Origin: Candidatus Hydrogenedentota bacterium
GTDB lineage: Bacteria > Hydrogenedentota > Hydrogenedentia > Hydrogenedentales > JAEUWI01
DNA: 64,000 nt
Direction of reading: 5' to 3'
Assembly (NCBI GenBank): GCA_034669905.1
Contig: JAXMOL010000023.1
Location: forward strand, 32,001 to 96,000
The position numbers and the translations under genes were made by a program. Shown one piece after another: positions 1 to 8,411 of the stretch; within the stretch, counting starts at the first letter, position 1, and each line of letters begins with the position of its first letter. The notes below the pieces were generated by a model. That model was not told where the DNA came from. It was given only the letters and a program-made list of their open reading frames with translations, and searched no databases.

Positions 1-169
1 CCGCATTCAGAAGATTGTGGAAGAAGAAGACCCCTACAAGCCCCTGAGTGATCAGAAGATCGCGGACCTCCTCAAGAAGGAGGGCACCAATGTGGCGCGT
101 CGCACGGTGACCAAGTATCGCGAAGCCTTGAACATCCCCGCTACGACCAAGCGAAAGCAGTACAAGTAA
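1..169 (+). CDS. rpoN: RNA polymerase sigma-54 factor, C-terminal fragment (truncated by window edge)
   Basis: Frame from nt 2 reads RIQKIVEEEDPYKPLSDQKIADLLKKEGTNVARRTVTKYREALNIP...YK-TAA; contains the RpoN box ARRTVxKYRE. Confidence 0.97.
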   Translation, partial: RIQKIVEEEDPYKPLSDQKIADLLKKEGTNVARRTVTKYREALNIPATTKRKQYK

Positions 170-177
170 GTACACGT

Positions 178-207
178 CGGGGGAAGCGCCAACCGGCACC
201 TCCCCCG
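178..207 (-). terminator. 13-bp hairpin between convergent rpoN and redoxin genes
   Basis: Minus strand CGGGGGAGGUGCC-GGUU-GGCGCUUCCCCCG (G.U pairs on - strand); no clear U tract. Confidence 0.5.
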
Positions 208-213
208 CTTCTG

Positions 214-2277
214 CTAAGCCGCTTCGTCCGATTCCCTGGCGGGTCCCGGCACGCGCATCAATGGGCGTCCCCGCACAATCAGCGAATCCCCCTGCACTTT
301 CAGTTCGAAACCCCTTCTCGGTGTTTCGACATGGACCGTGTCACCCTCGAAGCGCCAGGTGCCTTCAAATCGATCATTGATAATCAATTTACCATCGGCT
401 TCAAAACGAAGTTGAAAACGGTCTCCAATTGACCACGTGGTCCCGGTCAGGTAGGCTTCGGTGAGGTCTTTTCCAAATCCCGGCCATTGGTCAGGATTCA
501 AGTCGGCGGGCTGGAAGTCTTCTGCCCGATAGGGCTGACTATAGCCTACATAGCCGATGAACATTTCTTCGTGGGTCTGTTCACCGAAGCGCACGCTCTT
601 CGTGGGGTCGGGGTTCCGCGGATTCTGGGCGGAGTTATCAAAGGCCCCTTCACATTGGATGCGGGTCCCCCCGGCAACCTTCACCGGCGTATCGAAGAAG
701 TACATGGGCTGCCAGTCAAACTCATACCAGGGCACGGAAAGCAGGGTCTCTTTTGAGGCATCGGGATACTGGGCCTCAAAAGTAAAACGACTTCCCCGAT
801 AATGCATATGGGGCGAAAGCCCGTAAACGGTAGCATCTTCATCAAAACGATAGGTGGCCCGAGTGGCAAAATCCGTGGCACCCGCGGGAATCTCAAAATC
901 GGTCTCCGCCGCGCCCTTGATGTGAAACACCTGCTCTGGGGGCCCATCCCTGAAATGAAGCCCCATGCGCGTCTGATCTACTTCGGGCTTTCCCGTCGCA
1001 TTGTAGTGCATTTGAAAGACGAAGGAAGAACCGGCCGGCACGAACTGGGCCGTTCCCTCCGGGAAGGGTTGCAGGTTTCCGCTGGGAAGGTAGCTTGCAA
1101 AAAATCCATTGAGTCCCCCCTTGGCGTCTGGCTCGAGATGGCGATACTGGGGCGGGTACATGATGAAAATGAGGGCATGGTGCACCACTTCCATGGCCGT
1201 CGGAAGCACCTCCACCCCCGTCATCCATTTATCCTCCGTCAGGCCCGACGGCACGGTAATGTAGCGATAGTCAAAAATGCCTTCTGCGGGGAGATGCTGG
1301 GCCTCCGGAAGCTGAACAATATGGTCCGGAGTGCCCAGGGTCCACTCGGACAAATCCTCTAACGTGAGTTCCGCCAGCGGATCAGCTTCCCCTTCCTCCT
1401 GCCTGGCACCCTGTTCAATCCAGGTCAAAAGGATACGCCGCTCTTCGGAAGTGATATCAATCGAGTTGTGGAAGGACTTGTAGGCCGGATCCGCATGCCA
1501 GGGAGGCATCCGCTTTGTACGAAGGGTTTCCCGAATCATGTCGGACCACCCCTTGACCTTTTTGTAGTTCGTCATGGCAAAGGGCCCCACCCCGCCTTTC
1601 CGGTGGCAGGTTACACAATTGGAAGCAAGGATCGGTGCCACATCCTTCGCGTAGGAAAGGGACTTGTCTTCTACATACCCAATGAGGCACCCCTTGGTTT
1701 CTTCCCGATGGGGAACTACCGGCTTGCCCGAAAGTTTCGCCTGCAAGACGTCTTCCAACCAACGGTGGGTGGCCTCCTCTTTCTGCGTTCCGTAATCGAA
1801 GCGATCATCGACCGGTCCCCGATAGAGCACCGTCCAATCCGCCTGGGGATCCAGCACCAAGACCTCCGCCGTCCGCGTGCTACCCAAGGCATGGACGATT
1901 CGCTGGGTCGGGTCTTTCAATATCGGGAAGGTGATCCCGTATTCCTCGGCCTCTTCCGCCAGGTCAGTCCGGCTATCCTGACTGTTGGCGTTCAACATGA
2001 AGAAGACCACCCCTTGCTCCCCGTACTTCTTCTGGAGCCGATTCAATTCCGGGATACTGCGCCGTACGACGGGGCACCCCACCCCATGGGTGTAGAGCAC
2101 CACGGCAGGCGCCTCGGACGAACGGTAGAGTTCGATGGAGCGACCGGTATGGTCGATGAGGCGAAAATTTTCTACCTGGCTCCCGTCGGGGACGGTCAAC
2201 GCACCTTTTTCCCCCGCACTGGCGAGGGAGCCTGCCATACAGCAGAACGTGCAAAAAAGCAGCGAACACAATTTCAT
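214..2277 (-). CDS. Secreted redoxin (AhpC/TSA-like) + CxxCH + copper type II monooxygenase-like protein
   Basis: Signal peptide, GCPV redoxin motif, CVTCH, VHH / QMHY / PHMH / EEM copper-monooxygenase-like motifs. Confidence 0.8.
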   Translation of the reverse strand: MKLCSLLFCTFCCMAGSLASAGEKGALTVPDGSQVENFRLIDHTGRSIELYRSSEAPAVVLYTHGVGCPVVRRSIPELNRLQKKYGEQGVVFFMLNANSQDSRTDLAEEAEEYGITFPILKDPTQRIVHALGSTRTAEVLVLDPQADWTVLYRGPVDDRFDYGTQKEEATHRWLEDVLQAKLSGKPVVPHREETKGCLIGYVEDKSLSYAKDVAPILASNCVTCHRKGGVGPFAMTNYKKVKGWSDMIRETLRTKRMPPWHADPAYKSFHNSIDITSEERRILLTWIEQGARQEEGEADPLAELTLEDLSEWTLGTPDHIVQLPEAQHLPAEGIFDYRYITVPSGLTEDKWMTGVEVLPTAMEVVHHALIFIMYPPQYRHLEPDAKGGLNGFFASYLPSGNLQPFPEGTAQFVPAGSSFVFQMHYNATGKPEVDQTRMGLHFRDGPPEQVFHIKGAAETDFEIPAGATDFATRATYRFDEDATVYGLSPHMHYRGSRFTFEAQYPDASKETLLSVPWYEFDWQPMYFFDTPVKVAGGTRIQCEGAFDNSAQNPRNPDPTKSVRFGEQTHEEMFIGYVGYSQPYRAEDFQPADLNPDQWPGFGKDLTEAYLTGTTWSIGDRFQLRFEADGKLIINDRFEGTWRFEGDTVHVETPRRGFELKVQGDSLIVRGRPLMRVPGPARESDEAA

Positions 2278-2414
2278 GACGTATATCTCCTTGCCTGTAA
2301 ATACGCGCTACTTTGACTGTCGTTCCGTCCCCCCGGTTTTGACCAATAGGAGTACCCAGCCCAACACACGGGCGCCCTCCCACGTGAGCCCCCGGCATCT
2401 GACCCCGCCGCCAC

Positions 2415-2441
2415 AAAAAAAGCCGACCCCGGAGGGTCGGC
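2415..2441 (-). terminator. Rho-independent terminator of pilC
   Basis: GCCGACCC-TCCG-GGGTCGGC followed by T7 on the minus strand, 30 nt after the pilC stop. Confidence 0.85.
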
Positions 2442-2471
2442 AAAATGTGATTACTACTAAATGGCTCGGTC

Positions 2472-3692
2472 TTAACTGACCAGCGACGAAAGCTGAAGAA
2501 TCGGCATGAAGAGGGCAATTACGATACCGCCTACGACCACGCCCATCATTCCAATCAGAATGGGTTCAATCAGACTGGTCAGACTGTCCACCATGGCCTT
2601 TACTTCCGCATCATAGAAGTCGGCAATCTTCGCCAACATGATCTCCAGGGCACCTGTCTTTTCACCGACACCGATCATGCGGGTCACCATGGCCGGGAAG
2701 ACTTCGCTTCGCATCAGGGGGTCGGCCAGCGTATCACCATTACGCACGCTGTCGGCAGCCTCACGAACGGCCCGGGCAAAAACCTCGTTGCCCGCCGTAC
2801 GTTCCGTAATTTCCAGCGCCTGAAGAATGGCCACGCCACTCCGGGTCAGCGTGCTGAGCGTACGGGTAAAGCGGCTGATGGCAACCTTACGCAAAAGGTT
2901 ACCAAAGATGGGCAACCGCAAGCGCAATTTGTCGAGGTTATATTTGCCGGTCTCCGTGGCACCATACATGCGGACTGCAAAGAATATGGCCACCGAAACG
3001 ATAATAATGGTGGGAATGGCATACCAGGAACGGAGGAAATTACTGACCATAATGAGAATCTGGGTCGGGGCGGGAAGATCCCGTCCGAAACTCCCGAATA
3101 TCTCCGCGAACTGGGGCACGACGAAAACAATCAAGCCACCGGCAATCAGGATAATCATACCGAAGGCAACGACAGGGTAGGTCATGGCGGATTTGATACG
3201 GCGCTTCAGTTCTTCGGATGCTTCCAGATAGTCGGCCAACTGAAGCAGCACGCCATCGAGATCACCACTGGCCTCACCGGAGCGCACCATGCTCACAAAA
3301 AGGTCGGGAAAGGCTTTGGGAAACTTGCGCAGGGCATCGGAAAAGGTTTCACCCGATTCGACTTCCTGGGCAATTGCGTCGATGACGGCACCAAAATTAG
3401 GATCATCGGTCTGATCCGCCAAAATGTCTAAGCCCTGGAGGAGGGGCAGACCGGCGCTCACGATGGTCGAGAGCTGACGGGTAAACACGAGCAGCTCCGC
3501 CGTCTTGACGCGCTTGTTCAATTTTGCCGCGCCGCCGCCCATGCTGAGGCCGCCGCCCTTCTCCGTCAACTTATCGGCGATAAGCCCCTTTTGCTGCAGC
3601 ATCTGAGTAGCCGCCTGACGTGTATTGGCGGTAAGGGTCCCCTGCTTTTTGGTACCGTTTTGCGCGCGCGCTGTATAGGCATACGTCGGCAT
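2472..3692 (-). CDS. pilC: Type IV pilus platform protein PilC / T2SS F family
   Basis: MPTYAYTA start with GAGGAG RBS; FTRQLSTIVSAGLPL, GEASGDLDGVL, KSAMTYP, GEKTGALE, IEPILI motifs. Confidence 0.93.
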   Translation of the reverse strand: MPTYAYTARAQNGTKKQGTLTANTRQAATQMLQQKGLIADKLTEKGGGLSMGGGAAKLNKRVKTAELLVFTRQLSTIVSAGLPLLQGLDILADQTDDPNFGAVIDAIAQEVESGETFSDALRKFPKAFPDLFVSMVRSGEASGDLDGVLLQLADYLEASEELKRRIKSAMTYPVVAFGMIILIAGGLIVFVVPQFAEIFGSFGRDLPAPTQILIMVSNFLRSWYAIPTIIIVSVAIFFAVRMYGATETGKYNLDKLRLRLPIFGNLLRKVAISRFTRTLSTLTRSGVAILQALEITERTAGNEVFARAVREAADSVRNGDTLADPLMRSEVFPAMVTRMIGVGEKTGALEIMLAKIADFYDAEVKAMVDSLTSLIEPILIGMMGVVVGGIVIALFMPILQLSSLVS

Positions 3693-3815
3693 CAGCGACA
3701 ATCTCCTCGTTGGCCAGGCAGCGATATCACCCCATCCGGGCATCTCGAATCCACTGCACCCACGTCGATAGACTTCGTGCCCCCCACGTAAGGGGGTACG
3801 TTACAACATATAAAG

Positions 3816-3844
3816 AGTATAAGCACTTCTAACGGAGAAGACAA
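3816..3844 (-). promoter_or_regulatory. Sigma-70-type promoter for pilC
   Basis: TTGTCT-N17-TATACT on the minus strand, ~125 nt upstream of the pilC start. Confidence 0.6.
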
Positions 3845-3931
3845 GTAATTTCTTGGTAAACTCTTTACACCTGCGGGACGCAAGCACCTCGTTTCCCCCC
3901 GGAAGCCCGGCGTCCTTCGGCGTTTGGACAC

Positions 3932-4076
3932 AAAAAAATAGGTAAAGAAAGCGACCCACAATGTTGGCTACCAATCGGCGCATCGACAGGATGCTCGACC
4001 GTAACCCGGGCTTGGTGGCAGCGTCAACATTGTTACATGTCTAGCCTGACACTGCGGGCTGCTTTCGCTTACCCAT
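3932..4076 (-). ncRNA. Putative ~145-nt rod-shaped (6S-like) non-coding RNA
   Basis: 5' and 3' ends pair over 31 bp (9+6+11+5), 12/10-nt central bubble, irregular apical stem, U7 tail; 8 G.U pairs fix the minus strand; 5' end coincides with the predicted sigma-54 +1. Confidence 0.75.
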
Positions 4077-4086
4077 GACTATACAA

Positions 4087-4103
4087 AGCAAGAGTCAGGC
4101 CAA
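4087..4103 (-). promoter_or_regulatory. Sigma-54 (-24/-12) promoter
   Basis: TTGGCCTGACTCTTGCT (GG-N10-GC; consensus TGGCAC-N5-TTGCW); predicted +1 = 4076. Confidence 0.7.
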
Positions 4104-4190
4104 AACGCACCATTCAGGAAAAACAACCTCAAACACCTGTAAAATAACAGTTTAGCATTGCCGACCTGCGACGACCTTTAGTAGGAATGC

Positions 4191-4252
4191 GTCAATAGTT
4201 TGCCGCCGTGACAAACCTTTGACTGTCGGACCGACAAATCGTCAGTTTCGAC
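4191..4252. promoter_or_regulatory. Candidate enhancer (UAS) sites for a sigma-54 activator
   Basis: GTCAATAGTTTGCC (4191), GACAAACCTTTGAC (4210), palindrome TGTCGGACCGACA (4224-4236), GTCAGTTTCGAC (4241); 115-175 nt upstream of +1. Confidence 0.45.
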
Positions 4253-4310
4253 CACAGTGAGCCAACACCCGCCGGACGCCCCGTCTGTACGAAAACCGTA
4301 CAACCCAATC

Positions 4311-4577
4311 CTACCTCCCGGGAGCCCCTACCGGATGGTAGAAATTCCACAATCGAAGAACCACTACAGCGAAGGCGATGCAAACCGCGATCCCGACCAC
4401 GAAGGCTATCAGGAGCCCGCGCCACCCAAAACCGCTCGCCCCTTCCGAGGGACCCTTGAGCTTCTTAAAGAATTGGGATGTATTTTCTTCCATCGATGCG
4501 CGGAACATCTTGATCCAAATCATGAACGCAACTATCCCCACGATGATGAGGATCTCTTTAAATCCTATCGTTATCAA
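4311..4577 (-). CDS. Small two-helix membrane protein, hypothetical
   Basis: 88-aa ORF (TTG start) with two hydrophobic segments. Confidence 0.5.
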   Translation of the reverse strand: MITIGFKEILIIVGIVAFMIWIKMFRASMEENTSQFFKKLKGPSEGASGFGWRGLLIAFVVGIAVCIAFAVVVLRLWNFYHPVGAPGR

Positions 4578-4834
4578 TGCCCGTCCTCAAGGTAAAGCTT
4601 CTACGCAGAAATACTGGTCCGCATCATAGCAAAAAGCAGGGTCTACACGCCTATGCCCGCCGCTCCACGTCCCGATTCCACTTTTCCTGCCCCGGTCCAG
4701 GCTGCTGCCCTGCCAGAACGTGCAACGCCTCGCATACACGTTATACGTATGCTAAGGTAGCCCTTCCGATACCCATTGAGATTTCATACCCAAACTGGCC
4801 CGGCGGTGGTCAAGAAAAGGATGTCCCCGTTTCC

Positions 4835-6634
4835 ATGTCACGCTCTACACTGACACTCTCCCTGCTCCTTTCTGTGCTCCTATGCCCCTTCCACATGGCA
4901 GTGGCATCAGAAAACAGGATTCCCGTGGTCCCCGACAATTCCACGGTATATCTCTCCGATATGACCCGTTGTCTTCCGGCGAGCGCCCATTCCGCCGCCA
5001 GCAGCCCCACCCAGTGGCGGGCCATACCCTATGAGTCGGCCGAGGTTCGTGGAACCCTGCTCTATGCCCCCTCGTTTGTGAACGCGCCTGAAATCGAAGT
5101 GCCACTCGACGCTACGGGCTGGCACCACATCCGAATCGGGATCTGGCAGCCCGCCTTCGCCTACGACGGAGACACACGACTCCGGGTCAAGCTGAGTGGC
5201 GACCCCGCTTTCCGCCGAATCCAGCCCCCTAAAACGGCAGACAACCAGAAGAACACCTTTATCCGGGAGCTCTACCTCCGGGCCGCCGACCTGACCGAGC
5301 AAGCGCTGATTATTCGAAAGATGAATGGTATCGTGGGACGTGCGGCCGCCGTTGCCTATGTACGGCTCGACCCCATCCCGGCCGACGAGGTGGCACGCAT
5401 TGAAGCCGACCGAGCCCAACAGGAGACCCGCAATCTGGTCGCTACCATCGATGGCGTCAGCTACCTGCACTACGGCGAGTATTCCGAGCCCGCCGACGTG
5501 TTGGACCAGATAGAACTCTATCGCCATTCGGATGTGGCGAAGGTGTTGTGGGCGGTCAATTATGGCGATCGGACGAATTATCCGACCTCGGTTCCGGGGG
5601 CCCTCTTTCTCGGCGAACATGGCCGAACGAAAAACATCACCCAGTACGGCACAAACGACTACGTCCGTGGCGAGCAGCAGGCCCATAAGGCCTTCCGTGA
5701 TTTCGCGGCCGCAGGCCAGATACCGCAGGTCATTGCCGCCGAACACGCCCATTCGATGGGCCTGAAATTCGATGTCATGTTTCGCCTTGGCATACTCGGC
5801 GACCTCGGCTTCGTCGATTTAGGGGGCAAAGGTTTTTTTGAGGAATACCCCCACTGTCGACAGGTCCTGGCCGATGGGACGGTGGTCGACAAAGCGAGCT
5901 ATGCTTTTCCCGAAACCCAGGACTTCACCCTGGCACTCATGCGGGAGACTTTGGCGCAGGTCGATGCCGACGGTATCAACCTGTGCTTCGTCCGGGGCCC
6001 CCACGCCCTTCAATACGAGACCCCAGTCCTCGAACGCTTCGAGGACACCTATAAAGAAGACGCGCGAAAGGTCCCTGCCGACGATCCACGCCTCCAGGCG
6101 GTCCGAATTTCCTTCATGAACGAATACCTGGAAAAGGTCCACAGGCTCACCGAAGAAATCGCTGCCCAGCGAGGCCGCGCCTTAAACCTCTCGGTCTGGG
6201 TCTGGCCCAGTGAACAGGGCGTTTGGCTTGGTGGTACGCCGGAAGCCGAAGGCCTCGACGTAAAGCACTGGATTAAACAAGGCTGGCTCGATAGCGTCAT
6301 CTGCCAGGAGGGCGTAGATGAAGAATACATCGCGCTCGGAAAAGAAACCGGCTGTGAGTTTGTGTTGTTCACCGGGTACCGCGGTGAGAAAGCCATGAGC
6401 CCCGCCAGCGTCACCGCCGCCTACGCCCAGGGCGTGACGCAATTCGCCTATTGGGATATGGATGCCGTGCAGAACATGCCCGACCCCTGGAACTGGCTCC
6501 GTCGCATTGGCCACCGGGAAGAAATGGCCAACTGGGAGAATTACAAGCCGAATGGTCGGCTCCTCCCGCTGGAACGCGTGGGTGGGGTCGACGTAGCCCG
6601 TGGCCTGGTGGACGCCGTCTACTCGGGCGGCTGA
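4835..6634 (+). CDS. Secreted glycoside-hydrolase-like TIM-barrel protein (GHL10-like)
   Basis: Signal peptide MSRSTLTLSLLL..; AHSMGLKFDVMFR, SYAFPE, DADGINLCFVRGP, LDVKHWIKQGWLD motifs. Confidence 0.6.
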   Translation: MSRSTLTLSLLLSVLLCPFHMAVASENRIPVVPDNSTVYLSDMTRCLPASAHSAASSPTQWRAIPYESAEVRGTLLYAPSFVNAPEIEVPLDATGWHHIRIGIWQPAFAYDGDTRLRVKLSGDPAFRRIQPPKTADNQKNTFIRELYLRAADLTEQALIIRKMNGIVGRAAAVAYVRLDPIPADEVARIEADRAQQETRNLVATIDGVSYLHYGEYSEPADVLDQIELYRHSDVAKVLWAVNYGDRTNYPTSVPGALFLGEHGRTKNITQYGTNDYVRGEQQAHKAFRDFAAAGQIPQVIAAEHAHSMGLKFDVMFRLGILGDLGFVDLGGKGFFEEYPHCRQVLADGTVVDKASYAFPETQDFTLALMRETLAQVDADGINLCFVRGPHALQYETPVLERFEDTYKEDARKVPADDPRLQAVRISFMNEYLEKVHRLTEEIAAQRGRALNLSVWVWPSEQGVWLGGTPEAEGLDVKHWIKQGWLDSVICQEGVDEEYIALGKETGCEFVLFTGYRGEKAMSPASVTAAYAQGVTQFAYWDMDAVQNMPDPWNWLRRIGHREEMANWENYKPNGRLLPLERVGGVDVARGLVDAVYSGG

Positions 6635-6695
6635 CCCAGCATACATTCATGCCGTAATCGGAGCGAAGCAGCTACTCCAATAACATTGACACCCT

Positions 6696-6726
6696 ACGGT
6701 GGGGCGCATGGCGCTCCACCGTTTTT
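6696..6726 (+). terminator. Rho-independent terminator
   Basis: ACGGTGGGGCGC-ATG-GCGCTCCACCGT + T tract, between convergent genes. Confidence 0.75.
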
Positions 6727-6766
6727 ACCAGAACTCCGCACGGTACCTGCCATTCCGGCCAACGCC

Positions 6767-7663
6767 CTAGTCCAAGAGGTCGCGCAGTGCCCCCTCCAGT
6801 TCGGGAAACTGGAACGTGTAATCCGTCGAGACCAGTCGCTCCGGTTTGATGCGCATGCTGGCCAGTAGCATCTCATCAGCCATCTCCCCCAGTACCGTGC
6901 GCAATACCGGCGTGGGCGCCGGCAAAAAGGTGGGACGCCCCAAAACCTTACCCAACGTTTTCGTGAAGGTCTTATTGGTCACGGGCGAAGGGGCCACGCC
7001 ATTAACGGGACCCACGAGTTCGGCCGTATTGATGGCATGCACGATAGCCCCCACCAAATCATTCAAATGAATCCAACTCATCCACGGCTTGCCACCACCC
7101 AGAGTCCCCCCCAGGCCGCACTTGAAGGGGGGCAACATCTTGGCCAATGCACCACCAGCGCCGCTCAAGACCAGGCCGATACGAAGGTTTACGACACGTA
7201 TACCCGCCTCCTTCGCAGACGCGGTGCTTTCTTCCCAGGCCTGACACACTTCCGCCAGAAAGCCACTGCCTACAGCACTGTCCTCTGTGAGCACCTCATC
7301 GCCCCGACTCCCGTAATAGCCCATGGCCGAGGCGGCGATAAGTGTCGTGGGGGGCGTTTTGCAGGCGGCCAGGCGCTCGCAAAGCAACTGGGTCCCCATG
7401 ACACGGCTGTCACGAATACGGGCTTTGCGCTCGGGCGTCCAACGGCCTGCGGCAATGGGTTCCCCTGCCAGGTGAACCACCGCATCGAACCCTTCCAAAT
7501 CATCGGGCGACAGAATGCCTTTGGCCGGGTCCCAGTAAACTGCCTCCGAGGAATGGGGGCTGGCATTGCGCACCATCCGCCGAACGACATGTTCATCCGC
7601 TTCCAATCGCTGAGACAGGGCGCTACCTACCAGTCCTGTGGCTCCACTTACGAGTATATTCAT
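6767..7663 (-). CDS. TIGR01777 family NAD-dependent epimerase/oxidoreductase
   Basis: MNILVSGATGLVG, VVHLAGEPIA, RWT..K, SAMGYYG, WMSWIH; AGGAGG RBS. Confidence 0.92.
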   Translation of the reverse strand: MNILVSGATGLVGSALSQRLEADEHVVRRMVRNASPHSSEAVYWDPAKGILSPDDLEGFDAVVHLAGEPIAAGRWTPERKARIRDSRVMGTQLLCERLAACKTPPTTLIAASAMGYYGSRGDEVLTEDSAVGSGFLAEVCQAWEESTASAKEAGIRVVNLRIGLVLSGAGGALAKMLPPFKCGLGGTLGGGKPWMSWIHLNDLVGAIVHAINTAELVGPVNGVAPSPVTNKTFTKTLGKVLGRPTFLPAPTPVLRTVLGEMADEMLLASMRIKPERLVSTDYTFQFPELEGALRDLLD

Positions 7664-7869
7664 GGGTGTGCCTCCTTTGTGAATGTCATCGCCCCATCCT
7701 ATCACGTCTGCTCGGATGACACGAGCCAAGCGGATGGGTTCTTTCGCCCTATCTGGCACGAGGCCCCCGCTCCATTTACGGTATCCAGCTGAACTCGCAG
7801 CGAGTACGCCGGTATTGGGCTTCCTCCCTGCCACCTCCCATGTGGTTAGAGTGCCCCAGACCCAATTAG

Positions 7870-7898
7870 TTGACATGAATAAATATTCCATATAACAT
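7870..7898 (+). promoter_or_regulatory. Sigma-70 promoter of the marR operon
   Basis: TTGACA-N17-TAACAT with an AT-rich imperfect palindrome in the spacer (possible operator). Confidence 0.6.
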
Positions 7899-7928
7899 AA
7901 ATTTCTGTAACACCAAAAGGAAGTCTAC

Positions 7929-8411
7929 ATGACACCAAGTCGCCTGCAGAAAGCACTAAAGAAGAAGCTGCCCTTCGATTCCCCGGAACACGAAGCAAAC
8001 CTCAATATTCTACGTACCAGCGACCAGTTCGAGATTCGAATTGCCAGACTCTTACGCGAATATGATCTCACCGCGTCCCAATATAACGTACTGCGAATCC
8101 TACGGGGTTCGGGGCAACCGCTGCCTTCCTCGGAGATTGCGGAACGACTGCTACAAGTCGTACCCGCTATCACCGGCCTGATCGACCGACTTGAAAAGCA
8201 GGGCCTCGTATCCAGGCAACGCTGCACCAAGGATCGGCGGGTTATCTATGTTGAAGCCACGGAAAAAGCACTTAACATCATCGAGCAAGTCGACGCACCA
8301 TTGGCTAACTTGCACCACCAACTGATTGGGCACCTGTCCAGGGAAGAACTTGAGGAGTTGTCGCGTCTGCTGGAGAAAGCCCGACGCTCTGTGGAGAACA
8401 ACGAAATATGA
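7929..8411 (+). CDS. MarR family transcriptional regulator
   Basis: LTASQYNVLRILRG, ITGLIDRLEKQGLVSR..DRR. Confidence 0.93.
   Translation: MTPSRLQKALKKKLPFDSPEHEANLNILRTSDQFEIRIARLLREYDLTASQYNVLRILRGSGQPLPSSEIAERLLQVVPAITGLIDRLEKQGLVSRQRCTKDRRVIYVEATEKALNIIEQVDAPLANLHHQLIGHLSREELEELSRLLEKARRSVENNEI

Noticed and set aside
3692..3983. Short ORFs upstream of pilC (89 and 60 aa)
   Set aside because: They overlap the RNA 3' arm, U tract and pilC promoter, and look non-protein-like.
3932..4076. SRP RNA or c-di-GMP riboswitch as identity of the rod RNA
   Set aside because: No SRP GNRA-capped domain IV motif and no recognisable c-di-GMP aptamer; the RNA is closed end to end and pilC has its own promoter.
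4311..4577. TatA identity for the small membrane protein
   Set aside because: Only the first residues resemble TatA; it lacks the FG hinge and has a second TM helix.
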